Source: Desulfovibrionaceae bacterium
GTDB lineage: Bacteria > Desulfobacterota > Desulfovibrionia > Desulfovibrionales > Desulfovibrionaceae
Direction of reading: 5' to 3'
Assembly (NCBI GenBank): GCA_963666895.2
Contig: CAXXNS010000001.1
Span: forward strand, 76,421-140,420
Length of the DNA stretch: 64,000 nt
Each line of letters opens with the position of its first letter. Position 1 is the first letter of the stretch. The translations under genes were made by a program, and so were the position numbers. This document shows positions 38,224 to 47,327 of the stretch, one piece after another. A model generated the notes under the pieces. It was not told where the DNA came from, made no database searches, and saw only the letters and a program-made list of their open reading frames with translations.

Positions 38224-39151
38224 TCAGGACACGGAACAGGTCCTGCAAATGGCGCAGTTGGTGAAGTCGCCCGCCTGGTACTGGCGAATGACGTCCACGA
38301 AGCGCCGCGAGTTCCAGATTTCCGCCAGGCCCTGCTCGTTGAGGTTGCCCAGCACCACGGTGCGACGCCAGTCGTGGCAGCAGATGATCACGTCCCCGTT
38401 GTAGAGCACATAGGCCTGCTTGAGGAACAGGTCGCAGTTGCGGCGCAGCTTGGGCTTGTTGGCGCCCAAGTCCTTCAGGTTCTTGCCCGAGCGGTTGTCC
38501 ACCTTATGCACCTTGAACCGCACGTCGCGCTCGCCCCAGTACTTGAGGGCGTAGTCGATCTCGTCGGCCACGATCTTGGTCTTCAGGGTGGTGATGGTCA
38601 GCTTGGGCAGCCTGGCCCCCCAGCCGGGCTCGGATGTCCAGGAAGCGGTCGATGTTGTCCAGGGTCTTGGCCAGGGACAGGTTCATGGACTGGCGATAGG
38701 TCTCCTCGGAGTACCCCTGCACGCTGATCCACAGATGCCGCAGCCCGGCCTTGACCAGCCCCTCGCTCATGTCCTCGGTGAGCAGGGCTCCGTTGGAGTT
38801 GATCTTGGTCTTGGTGATGGGCTTCCTGCGGGCGTTGATGTAGGCGATCTTGTCCGGCAGGTTGCGGTCCATCAGGGGCTCGTTCATCAGATAGGGACTG
38901 ATGCGCCCGATCCAGTGGTGCCCGCACTCGTCGATGATCTTCTTGAACAGATCCTCGTCCATGGCCCCCTGGGGCAGCGACTTGTGGGTGTCGGTGTAGC
39001 CGCAGAACACGCAGCGGGCGTTGCACCGGGAATCCGTCTGTATCTGGATGGCCCTGGGAAAGGCGGGGCGTGGCCGCTTGTGTTCGATAAGACGCTTCTT
39101 GAGCGTGGTCAGCAGCCCTTCGCCCTCGGCGGGCATGTAGTATTCAGCCAT
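38224..39151 (-). pseudogene. Radical SAM / SPASM-type enzyme, one frameshift
   Basis: N-terminal part (track 38504..39151) carries CNARCVFC (CxxxCxxC). The C-terminal part (track 38224..38571) carries a Cys-rich SPASM/twitch-like end (IICCHDW.., CAICRTCS). The frames join at a G6/C6 run near 38610. Confidence 0.7.
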
Positions 39152-39250
39152 GAATATCCTCCGCGGGCCTTCCTACCCCCGCCAAGACCCCGCGTCAACG
39201 CCGGTAGGCGAAACTTGAGCTTGCGGACCCTGCCGGTGTATGGTCCGGGC

Positions 39251-39838
39251 ATGAACATCCTCACCCTGCTCGGCAGCCCACGCAAGGGCGGCAACTCCGA
39301 GACCATGGCCCGCTGGCTGTGCGAACCCCTGGCCGAGGCCGGGCACGCCATCGAATTCGTGCACCTGGACAACCTGGCCCTCAAGGGCTGCCGCGCCTGC
39401 AACCTGTGCAAGACCAAGCTGGACCGCTGCGCGGTCATGGACGACCTGTCCGAGGTCCTGGAAAAGGCCCGGGCCGCGGACCTGTGGGTCCTGGCCACGC
39501 CGGTCTACTACGGCGACGTCCCGGCCCAGATCAAGGCCTTCATCGACCGCACCTACTCCTTCCTGGTCCCGAACTACGCCAAGGCCGAGGTCCGCACCCG
39601 GCTCAATCCGGGCAAGCGCATGGCCTGGGCCATCGCCCAGGGCCACCCCAAGGAGGACCTGTTCGGGGACATCTTCCCGCGCTACGAGTACTTTTTCCGC
39701 CACTACCACCTGTTCAGCGACACCCGCCTGCTGCGGGCCTGCGGCGTCTACGACCTGGGCGCGGCCAAGAAGCGCCACGACGTGCGGGACCAGGCCCTGG
39801 AAATGGGCCGCGACCTGGCCCGCCCTACCGGAGGCTAG
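39251..39838 (+). CDS. Iron-sulfur flavoprotein (Isf) / NADPH-dependent FMN reductase family
   Basis: MNILTLLGSPRKGGNS flavodoxin-like start and a compact CRACNLCKTKLDRC (Cx2Cx2Cx6C) cluster motif. 195 aa. Confidence 0.75.
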   Translation: MNILTLLGSPRKGGNSETMARWLCEPLAEAGHAIEFVHLDNLALKGCRACNLCKTKLDRCAVMDDLSEVLEKARAADLWVLATPVYYGDVPAQIKAFIDRTYSFLVPNYAKAEVRTRLNPGKRMAWAIAQGHPKEDLFGDIFPRYEYFFRHYHLFSDTRLLRACGVYDLGAAKKRHDVRDQALEMGRDLARPTGG

Positions 39839-39840
39839 CC

Positions 39841-40477
39841 ATGCACAAGGGATTCCTGGTCAAGAGTTTCCTGGCCAACCAGGTGGTGTTCACCCAGGGC
39901 TCCCGGGGCGACTGCGCCTACCTGCTGACCGAGGGGATGGTGGAGATTTCCACCACGGTGGAGGGCCGCAAGAAGGTCCTGGCCCTGCTCAAGCCGCCCT
40001 CCCTGTTCGGGGAGATGGCCCTGTTCCTGGAGGACGAGGCCCGCACGGCCACGGCCATGACCCTGGACGACTCGCGCGTGGTGGTCATCGACCGCCAGTC
40101 CCCTGGACGCCTACCTGGCCGACGCGCCCCAGGCCATCTCCTCCATCCTGACCGTGCTGGTGCACCGGCTCAAGGCCACCACCAAGCGGGCCAGCCGGGC
40201 GCCCAACCTGCGCGCGGCCCTGCTGCGCGTGCTGCGCCTGCTCCAGGCCAACGGCCTGGCCGAGGTCCGCTACGACTCCCTGGTGCGCCACTTGTCCGAG
40301 GCCCTGGTCACGGGCAACGAGACCCTGGAGGATTTGCTGGCCGAGCTGGTCAACGACGGACGCATCGCCATCCGCGCCCGCGAGGACGACCCGGGCGTGC
40401 GCCGCGTGGTCTTCCTGACCGACGACGTGCTGGGCCGGGACGACATGCTCCACCTGACCCGGTCCATGGAGACCTGA
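39841..40477 (+). pseudogene. Cyclic-nucleotide-binding-domain regulator-like protein, one frameshift
   Basis: cNMP-type barrel (VVFTQGSRGDCAYLLTEGMVE, LFGEMALF). It continues in another frame (track 40154..40477) after an extra C in tcCCCCtgg near 40098. Confidence 0.65.
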
Positions 40478-40493
40478 ACGGGAAACGTAGACT

Positions 40494-41928
40494 TTATCCG
40501 GCCGCCAAAAGGCCCAGCCGCTCCACCGCCTCCACCAGCTCCTTGTCCACCGGGCTGCCGCAGGAGATGCGCAAATAGTTGTCGAACCGCTCCCGCGTGG
40601 AGAAGATGGCCCCGGGCACCACGGATATCCCGGCCTCCCGGGCCTTGTAGAACAGCTCCACCCCGTCCGCGCTGCCCGGCATCTCCACCCAAAGCATGAG
40701 CCCGCCGCCGGGTTTGGTGATGCGGGTGCCCTTGGGAAAGGCCCGGCCCACGTGGTGACGCAGGCTCTCCATCTGGGAGGCGATCTCCGCGCGCAGCCGC
40801 CGGAGGTGGCGCTGGAAATGGCCCTCGGCCAGATAGATATCCAGGGCCAGTTGCACCGGTGCGGTCACGGCCACGTTGCTGGTGGCCTTCATCTCCAGGG
40901 CCTTGTCCAGAAAGCGGCCCGGGGCCAGCCAGCCCACCCGGAAGCCCGGGGCCACGGTCTTGGAAAACGAAGACACGTGCAGGACCAGGCCGTGGCGGTC
41001 GCGCTCCTTGAGGGTGGAGGGGCGGACCGGACCCGAAGTGCAGGTCCCCGGACACGTCGTCCTCCACCAGGGGCACCCCGCGCCGGGCCAGCAGGTCCAC
41101 GATCTCGTCCTTGGCCGATTCCGGGGTCAGGCTGCCGTCGGGATTGTTGAAGTTGGGGTTGAGGATCACGGCCGAGGCGCCGAAGGCGTCCACGGCATGG
41201 GCCACGTCGGCGGGGGTCCACGCCGCGCTCGGGATGGGAGTCCACCTCCACGGCCCGCAGTCCCCAGGGTCTCCAGGAGCTGCAGGAAACAATAATAGGT
41301 GGGCGCGGCCACCACCACGTTGTCCCCGGGCCGGGTCAGGCAACGCAGGGAGATGAACAGGCCCTCCAGCGCGCCCGAGGTGATGAGCAGCTCGTCCGGC
41401 CCCACCGGGGCCCCGATCTCGGCCATGCGCCGGGATACCTGCTGGCGCAGGCCGGGGTGCCCCTGCACCGGGGCGTAGTCCACGGCGCGGCGGCCCTGCT
41501 CGCGGAACACCCGGCCCATGATGCGGCCCCATGGCCTTGATGGGCAGCAGATCCTGGCTGGGGCAGATCACGCCCAGGGGAGCCAGGTCCGGGTTGCCCA
41601 GGGACTCGAGCACCGTGGAGATGAGGCGCACGCGCTGGACCGCCCGGGGCGGCTGGGGCGCGGAACCGGCCACGGGCCTGGGCGCGGGCACCGAAGCCTG
41701 GCCCCGGCGCACGTAGAAGCCGCTGCGCGGCCGGGCCTCCAGAACGCCCTTGGCCTCCAGCTCCAGGTAGGCGTGGTTCACCGTGGACAGGCCCACGCCC
41801 ATGGTCCGGCTCATGCGGCGCAGGGACGGGGCGCGGTCGCCCGGGTTCAGGGCCCCGCTCTCCACCATCTCCAGGATGCGCGTTTCCACCTGCCGGTACC
41901 GGAACGCCTCCTGCCTGACTGGGCTCAT
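40494..41928 (-). pseudogene. MocR/GabR-type GntR-HTH + aminotransferase-fold regulator, several frameshifts
   Basis: N-terminal GntR HTH (LPSLRRMSRTMGVGLSTVNHAYLELEAKGVLEARPRSGFYV). Aminotransferase-like pieces lie in other frames (track 41166..41519, part of 40270..41928, 40494..40976 with FSKTVAPGFRVGW). Confidence 0.75.
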
Positions 41929-41942
41929 GGCTCCCCCAACGT

Positions 41943-41994
41943 AAAACTGTTATGCTCATTTTTTCAAAAAACTGTATCTGTTCCTATGACAGAT
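41943..41994. promoter_or_regulatory. Direct repeat AAAACTGT (x2, 25 bp apart) and inverted repeat ATCTGT-N7-ACAGAT in the mocR/azlC divergent region
   Basis: Read directly: 41943..41950 and 41968..41975 for the direct repeat, 41976..41981 and 41989..41994 for the inverted repeat. Confidence 0.35.
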
Positions 41995-42064
41995 AAACGG
42001 GCAGGCTGCAACCGAATGAGAAACACGGCTTGACCGAGGGCCGCGAGAAAAGTACCCCACGGCC

Positions 42065-42817
42065 ATGTCCGGACGCAGGAGAGAACAAGACATGCAAGCC
42101 GCCCAAGCGTTGCGACGGATGCAGGGCACCCAGGCCTGGCGGGACGTGCTGGCCGGGATCAAACGGGTCACGCCCGTGATCCTGGGCTTCGTGCCCGTGG
42201 GCTTCGCCTACGGCGTGCTGGCCGCCAAGGCCGGGCTTTCGGATTTCAACGTCATGCTCATGTCAATGGTGGTTTACGCGGGGTCGGCCCAGCTGGCCTC
42301 GGTGGCCCTGTTCGCGGCCGGAGCGCCCGCCCTGGCCGTCATCGCCGCCACCTTCGTCATCAACCTGCGCCACCTGCTCATGTCCGCGGCCCTGGCCCCG
42401 CGCATGACCGGGTGGCCCGCCTGGCGGGTGGGGCTCATGGGCTTCGAGCTGACCGACGAGACCTTCGCCCTGCACATCACGCGCTACGCACAGGACACCC
42501 CCTACCCCAGGGCCGAGTTCTTCGCGGTCAACCACACGGCTCACCTGTCCTGGATCACGGGCTCGGCCCTGGGGCTCATGGCCAGCGGGCTGCTGGGCGA
42601 CGTGCGGCCCCTGGGCCTGGACTTCGTGCTCCCGGCCATGTTCATCGCCCTGCTGGTCATGCAGGTCAGACGGCGGACGCACATCCTTGTGGCCGCGGCC
42701 GCGCTGGTGGCGTCGTCCGTGTTCCTGGCCCTGGACTTTTCGCACTGGGGTGTGCTCCTGGCCACCGTCCTGGCCGCAACCCTGGGCACCGGAGCGGACA
42801 AATGGAACAGAACCTGA
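42065..42817 (+). CDS. azlC: AzlC-family branched-chain amino acid exporter subunit
   Basis: 250 aa, polytopic, with family-like FVPVGFAYGVLA.., VYAGSAQL.., NLRHLLMSAAL. Confidence 0.85.
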   Translation: MSGRRREQDMQAAQALRRMQGTQAWRDVLAGIKRVTPVILGFVPVGFAYGVLAAKAGLSDFNVMLMSMVVYAGSAQLASVALFAAGAPALAVIAATFVINLRHLLMSAALAPRMTGWPAWRVGLMGFELTDETFALHITRYAQDTPYPRAEFFAVNHTAHLSWITGSALGLMASGLLGDVRPLGLDFVLPAMFIALLVMQVRRRTHILVAAAALVASSVFLALDFSHWGVLLATVLAATLGTGADKWNRT

Positions 42818-43131
42818 TCACCCTGACCATCCTGGGCATGGCCGCGGTCACCTGGCCGCCGCGCTTCCTTCCGGCCCTGTTCCTGGCCAACCGCCAGCTC
42901 AACCAGCCGGTGCAGGTCTGGCTGTCGCACGTGCCCACGGCCATCATGGCCGCGCTGGTGGCCCCGAGCATCCTGGCTCCGGAAGGGACCATGCAGTTCT
43001 CCACGGGCAATCTGTTCCTGTGGGTCAGCCTGCCCACCTTCGCCTGCGCCATGCTGACCAGAAACTTCTTCGCCACCGTGGCCGTTGGGATCATCGCCAT
43101 GGCCGGGGCCCGGTTCTTAGGATTAGGATAA
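42802..43131 (+). CDS. azlD: AzlD-family small membrane subunit
   Basis: 109 aa and hydrophobic, overlapping the azlC 3' end by 16 nt. In frame within track ORF 42412..43131. Confidence 0.8.
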   Translation: MEQNLITLTILGMAAVTWPPRFLPALFLANRQLNQPVQVWLSHVPTAIMAALVAPSILAPEGTMQFSTGNLFLWVSLPTFACAMLTRNFFATVAVGIIAMAGARFLGLG

Positions 43132-43148
43132 TACTGACCGCTGGAACA

Positions 43149-43269
43149 GGCCGTTCAAAAACCGCGAGGGCAAGGCGCCAGAAAGAATCAAGCTCGACGC
43201 GTACTCATGCGGTACGCGAGAGATTGATTCTTTCGCAGCAACGCAGCCATCGCGGGAATTTCAACGGCC
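43149..43269. repeat. 121-bp imperfect palindrome (nested hairpins) between convergent genes
   Basis: Outer arms GGCCGTTCAAAAACCGCGA / TCGCGGGAATTTCAACGGCC. Perfect 11-bp arms GAAAGAATCAA (43181..43191) / TTGATTCTTTC (43224..43234). Inner 7-bp stem CGCGTAC / GTACGCG with a 7-nt loop. Confidence 0.65.
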
Positions 43270-43272
43270 TGC

Positions 43273-44016
43273 CTACCCCAACGCCACCAACTCGATCTCC
43301 CCCCAGGCCATGACCTTGCCCTTGCACTGGGCGAACACGCCCTGGATTCCGGCCGTCTGCTCAAGCCGCTCGGCCTCGTCCAGCAGGCGCTGAAAATCCT
43401 TGGGCGTGGTGAGCAGGTTGGCCAGCCGGGTGGCGGCCGCGTCGGCCATGGCCGCCCGGGGCGCGCGCACGGCCACCAGGTCGCCTTGGCCCAGGCTCAG
43501 GGAATGGCCGATGGTGCCCGAGGACGAGCACAGGGCCACGGGAAAGTCCTCTGCTGCCAGCCGCAAGCCCACCCCGGCCCGGGATCGGCCGTCCTCTCCG
43601 GGCTCGGCCAGCAGGGCCACCACCCGCTCCCTGGTGGAGGCCAGGAAACAGTCCCCGCCGTTTTCCACCAACAGATTGGGGCTCTGGCCCACAAAGGGCT
43701 CGGCCACGGCCTGGGCGATCGCCCCGGCCACGGAAGCCATGGGTCCCACCGAGCAGGCCTTCCCGGCCTGGGCCATGCGGCGCACAAGCTCCGGGCAGGA
43801 GCCGGTCACGTCCACCGGGTCCAGGGAATGCAGGAACTCGGGGTGGAAGTCGATGTAGGTCTTGAGCTCGCCGCGCAGGGCGTGGACCAGGGCGGCCATG
43901 GGCCGGGCCAGGTCGGCCTCGGCCACCACCCACAAATCGGTCTCCTCCACGGCCACCTGAAAGGCCCGCTCCCTGCCGGACGGGACGACGGAGGAGCGGT
44001 ACGCCCTCTCGTGCAC
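43273..44016 (-). CDS. UPF0280 (ApbE-like) family protein
   Basis: GTG 44016 overlaps the upstream stop (TAGTG). N-terminus VHERAYRSSV..FQVAVEETDLWVVA. In the track it appears fused to the upstream gene. Confidence 0.6.
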   Translation of the reverse strand: MHERAYRSSVVPSGRERAFQVAVEETDLWVVAEADLARPMAALVHALRGELKTYIDFHPEFLHSLDPVDVTGSCPELVRRMAQAGKACSVGPMASVAGAIAQAVAEPFVGQSPNLLVENGGDCFLASTRERVVALLAEPGEDGRSRAGVGLRLAAEDFPVALCSSSGTIGHSLSLGQGDLVAVRAPRAAMADAAATRLANLLTTPKDFQRLLDEAERLEQTAGIQGVFAQCKGKVMAWGEIELVALG

Positions 44017-44670
44017 TAGAACCCCATGTCCTCGTTGATCAGGACCACGATGATCCGGCCCTTGGGGGAAGCTCTTCTCGGTGATGGCCCACAAATTACA
44101 GATGCGGTCCGGGCTCTTGCAGTCGTGGCAGCGGCCGGTCTTGACGCAGGGGGTCTTCTTCTTGAGGCGCATGGCGTTGACCGGCGCGGCGTAGTCCTTG
44201 ATGCGCGAGAACGCGGCCTGCAGGTCCTCCACCAGCTTGTTGCGGCCCACCAGCAGGACCACGTGCCTGGGGCCGAAGGTGATGGCCCCGACCCGGTTGC
44301 CGATGCGGTCCAGGTTGACCAGCATGCCGTCCTCGGTGACCGCGTTGGTCCCGGCCAGGAAACAGTCCACCAGCAGGGACTCGCGCCGAAGCTCGTACTT
44401 CTGGTCCTCGGACAGCTTCTTGTCCCAGGTGTCCAGGATATCCGCGCCCTTGATCTTGAGCACGCCGTCGTAAATCCCGGTATCGGCCAGGGTCTTGGAG
44501 CCGCCAAAGCTGAAGCTCTTGGCCTTGAGCCGGGGCAGGATGTCCTTCAGGACCAGCTTGCCCGCTTCCTTGGCGTCGCTCGCCACGTGGGCCTCGAAGT
44601 CGTTGTCCTCCAGGGCCTGACGGGCCTCCTCCAGACGAAATTCCCAATATTTCTTGACAGGATCGGACAT
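44016..44670 (-). pseudogene. LUD-domain (lactate-utilisation-like) protein, one frameshift near the 3' end
   Basis: The main frame loses the natural C-terminus after ..WAITEKSFP. A neighbouring frame (track 44016..44507) gives KGRIIVVLINEDMGF-stop. The shift maps to a C5 run near 44058. Confidence 0.7.
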
Positions 44671-44762
44671 GACGGCGAACCTCCGGGTACGGTGTTTTTC
44701 AAGGGGCTACCAGAAAACCGAACCCGCGAGAAGCGGCCGGAAATCCAGTGGCCCCGAAAGCC

Positions 44763-44791
44763 TTGACGGGCGGGAAGGACAAGGCTATATG
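44763..44791 (+). promoter_or_regulatory. Sigma70-type promoter candidate for rpmH (TTGACG-N17-TATATG)
   Basis: Hexamers at 44763..44768 and 44786..44791, ~70 nt upstream of rpmH. Confidence 0.45.
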
Positions 44792-44862
44792 GCTATGTTC
44801 CACGCGCATGGAGCGAGTACCCGTGCGCCCGAAACATCGATACATTCGCCAGGAGATATATC

Positions 44863-44997
44863 ATGAAGAGAACGTATCAGCCCAGTAAAACGAGAAGAAA
44901 GCGGACCCACGGCTTCCTCGTCCGCATGCGCACGAAAAACGGAAAGGCGGTCATCCGCCGCCGCCGCGCCAAGGGGCGCAAGAGATTAAGCGTCTAG
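44863..44997 (+). CDS. rpmH: 50S ribosomal protein L34
   Basis: 44 aa: [53 protein letters not shown]. Below the ORF-track length cutoff. Confidence 0.95.
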   Translation: MKRTYQPSKTRRKRTHGFLVRMRTKNGKAVIRRRRAKGRKRLSV

Positions 44998-45359
44998 GCT
45001 GGCCCAAGACGCGCCACCTGCTTTCGCGCGCCCAGTTCTCGTCCTGCTACGATTCGGGCGAGAAACATTTCACCAGACACTTTGTCTGCTTTGTCCTGCG
45101 ACGCGAGGGCGGCCCCCCCGGGTTCCGGCTGGGGCTGACAGTCAGCAGGAAAATGGGTTCGGCGGTGGCGCGCAACCGCATCAAACGGGTGGTCCGCGAG
45201 TTTTTCAGACTGCATCAGCAAGACGTCCCCGATGGCCTGGACCTGGTCATCGTGCCCAAAAGATCCCTTGACGTCACGCGGCTGAACCTCGATCTGGCCA
45301 CACAAGATTTGACTCCCCTGCTGGCGCGCGTCCGCCAAGGCCCGCCGCGGAGGAGATGA
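44985..45359 (+). CDS. rnpA: RNase P protein component (start codon uncertain)
   Basis: ..[57 protein letters not shown]. There is no in-frame ATG/GTG/TTG upstream of the conserved N-terminus; candidates are ATT 44985 (overlapping the rpmH end) or CTG 45018. The track starts at an internal Met (45153). Confidence 0.75.
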   Translation: MKRLGWPKTRHLLSRAQFSSCYDSGEKHFTRHFVCFVLRREGGPPGFRLGLTVSRKMGSAVARNRIKRVVREFFRLHQQDVPDGLDLVIVPKRSLDVTRLNLDLATQDLTPLLARVRQGPPRRR

Positions 45360-45369
45360 GCACAACCCG

Positions 45370-45609
45370 ATGCGAGCAGCCGCACTGGCTCTCATCCGGC
45401 TTTATCAAAAGGCCATATCGCCGCTCTTTCCGGGCTGTTGCCGGTTCCGGCCCACCTGCTCGGAATACGCCTACGAGGCCGTGATCCGTCACGGCCTGAT
45501 CAAGGGCACAGCCCTCTCCGTCTACCGTCTGCTCCGTTGCCACCCGCTGTGCCGGGGCGGTTTCGACCCCGTGCCTGAAGCACGTCCCGCCAAACCCAAA
45601 GCGAGCTGA
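45370..45609 (+). CDS. yidD: Membrane protein insertion efficiency factor
   Basis: 79 aa: [44 protein letters not shown]. Confidence 0.9.
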   Translation: MRAAALALIRLYQKAISPLFPGCCRFRPTCSEYAYEAVIRHGLIKGTALSVYRLLRCHPLCRGGFDPVPEARPAKPKAS

Positions 45610-45611
45610 CC

Positions 45612-47303
45612 ATGGATTCCAAACGAATCATCATTGCCCTGGTGCTTTCCTTCGCCGTGTTTTTCGGCTGGCAGGCGCTGTTCCCTCCCGCCAAGACCGC
45701 CAAGACCGAGCAGGCCGAGCAGGCCGCTTCGTCCCCGAGCCAGGCGCCCGACCAGGTCCAAAGCCAGGCCCCTGACCAGGCCGGCGACGCGGACCAGGCT
45801 CCGGCCGAAGAGGCCGAAACCGCGGTGGCCGAAGCCGCGGCCATGCCCGCCTCGGCCGACATCACCCCCACCGAGGGCAAGCCCGTGACCGTGGTCACCC
45901 CGCTGTACACGGCCGTGTTCGACAGCCAGGGCGGCCGCCTGGAGAGCCTCAAGCTGGCCAAGTACGCCCTGAGCCTGGACGGCGACAAGAACGGCGACCC
46001 GGCCGACCGCGTGGAGCTGGTGGGCGACCATCCCACCCTGGGCCTGCTCATCGACGACGCCTCCACCTGGCAGAACGCCCAGTGGGAAGCCTCGGCCGAG
46101 GGCACCCTGGAGGTCGAGGGCGAGTTCGCGCTGACCTTCACCGGCCGCGTGGGCCAGTACGCGGTCCAGCGCACCTTCACCTTTTCCGACGCCACCTACC
46201 TGATCAAGGAAAAGATCCGGGTGGAGAACCTGGGCGAGATGCGCGACGTCGACCTGACCGTGGCCGGACGGACCACCTCCCTGGCCACCACGGCCAGCCG
46301 CTTCAACCGCACCCAGGCCACGGGCCTCGGCCCCGAAGGGCTGTTCGAGGAGGCCGACGAGGACACCCTGCGCGAGGAAGGCGTGGGCCCGTACACCTCC
46401 CTGTCCTGGGGCGGCCTGAACAACAACTATTTCATCTTCGCCATGCTGCCCGAGTCCAAGGACGCGGCCATGCGGGCCGGGCTTGATGACAACGGCTACT
46501 GGACGAGCTTCTCCGAGAACCTGGGCGCCGTGGGCAAGGACCAGGCCGAGAGCACGGACATGCGCTACTACATCGGCCCCATGGACCGCGCCGCCCTGGC
46601 CCAGGCCGACGCCGCCCTGTCCGAGGCCGTCTACTTCGGCTGGTTCGACTTCCTGGCCAAGCCCTTGCTGATCTTCCTGGTCTGGATTTACGACAACGTG
46701 GTGGCCAACTACGGCGTGGCCATCATCATCCTGACCATCATCATCAAGCTCATCTTCTGGCCCCTGTCGCAGAAGTCCTACAAGTCCATGGAGCAGATGA
46801 AGAAGCTGCAGCCCATGATCATGAAGCTTCGCGAAAAGTACAAGGACGACAAGCAGAAGCTCAACCAGGAAACCATGCAGCTCTACAAGACCTACAAGGT
46901 CAACCCGGCCGGGGGCTGTCTGCCCATGGTCGTGCAGATCCCGGTCTTCTTCGGCCTGTACAAGGCCCTGCTCGAGGCCCTGGAGCTGCGGCACGCGTCC
47001 TTCATCGCCCACGTGCCCTTCACCAACCTCCCCTGGCTGGCCGACCTGTCCCAGCCGGACCCCTACTACGTCACGCCCATCATCATGGGCCTGACCATGT
47101 TCCTGCAACAGCGCATGTCCCCGAGCACCGGCGACCCGACCCAGCGCAAGATCATGATGGCCCTGCCCATCGTGTTCACCTTCCTGTTCCTGGGCTTCCC
47201 GGCCGGACTGGTGGTCTACTGGCTGTGCAACAACGTTCTCTCCATCGCCCAGCAATACGGACTGGCCCGCAAGAACAAGCGGAGCAAAGAGTCCAAGGCC
47301 TAG
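45612..47303 (+). CDS. yidC: Membrane protein insertase YidC
   Basis: 563 aa with an N-terminal TM helix, a large periplasmic domain and a C-terminal 60-kDa-IMP core (ILTIIIKLIFWPLSQKSYKSM..MQLYKTYKVNP..GCLPMVVQIPVFFGLY). Confidence 0.95.
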   Translation: MDSKRIIIALVLSFAVFFGWQALFPPAKTAKTEQAEQAASSPSQAPDQVQSQAPDQAGDADQAPAEEAETAVAEAAAMPASADITPTEGKPVTVVTPLYTAVFDSQGGRLESLKLAKYALSLDGDKNGDPADRVELVGDHPTLGLLIDDASTWQNAQWEASAEGTLEVEGEFALTFTGRVGQYAVQRTFTFSDATYLIKEKIRVENLGEMRDVDLTVAGRTTSLATTASRFNRTQATGLGPEGLFEEADEDTLREEGVGPYTSLSWGGLNNNYFIFAMLPESKDAAMRAGLDDNGYWTSFSENLGAVGKDQAESTDMRYYIGPMDRAALAQADAALSEAVYFGWFDFLAKPLLIFLVWIYDNVVANYGVAIIILTIIIKLIFWPLSQKSYKSMEQMKKLQPMIMKLREKYKDDKQKLNQETMQLYKTYKVNPAGGCLPMVVQIPVFFGLYKALLEALELRHASFIAHVPFTNLPWLADLSQPDPYYVTPIIMGLTMFLQQRMSPSTGDPTQRKIMMALPIVFTFLFLGFPAGLVVYWLCNNVLSIAQQYGLARKNKRSKESKA

Positions 47304-47327
47304 GGCGTCCGACAACAGGAACCGACC

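Noticed and set aside
44671-45000. Replication origin or DnaA-box cluster near the rpmH-rnpA-yidC-jag-mnmE block.
   Set aside because: No dnaA gene is adjacent. I found no cluster of TTATCCACA-like boxes and no AT-rich unwinding element in the flanking intergenic regions.
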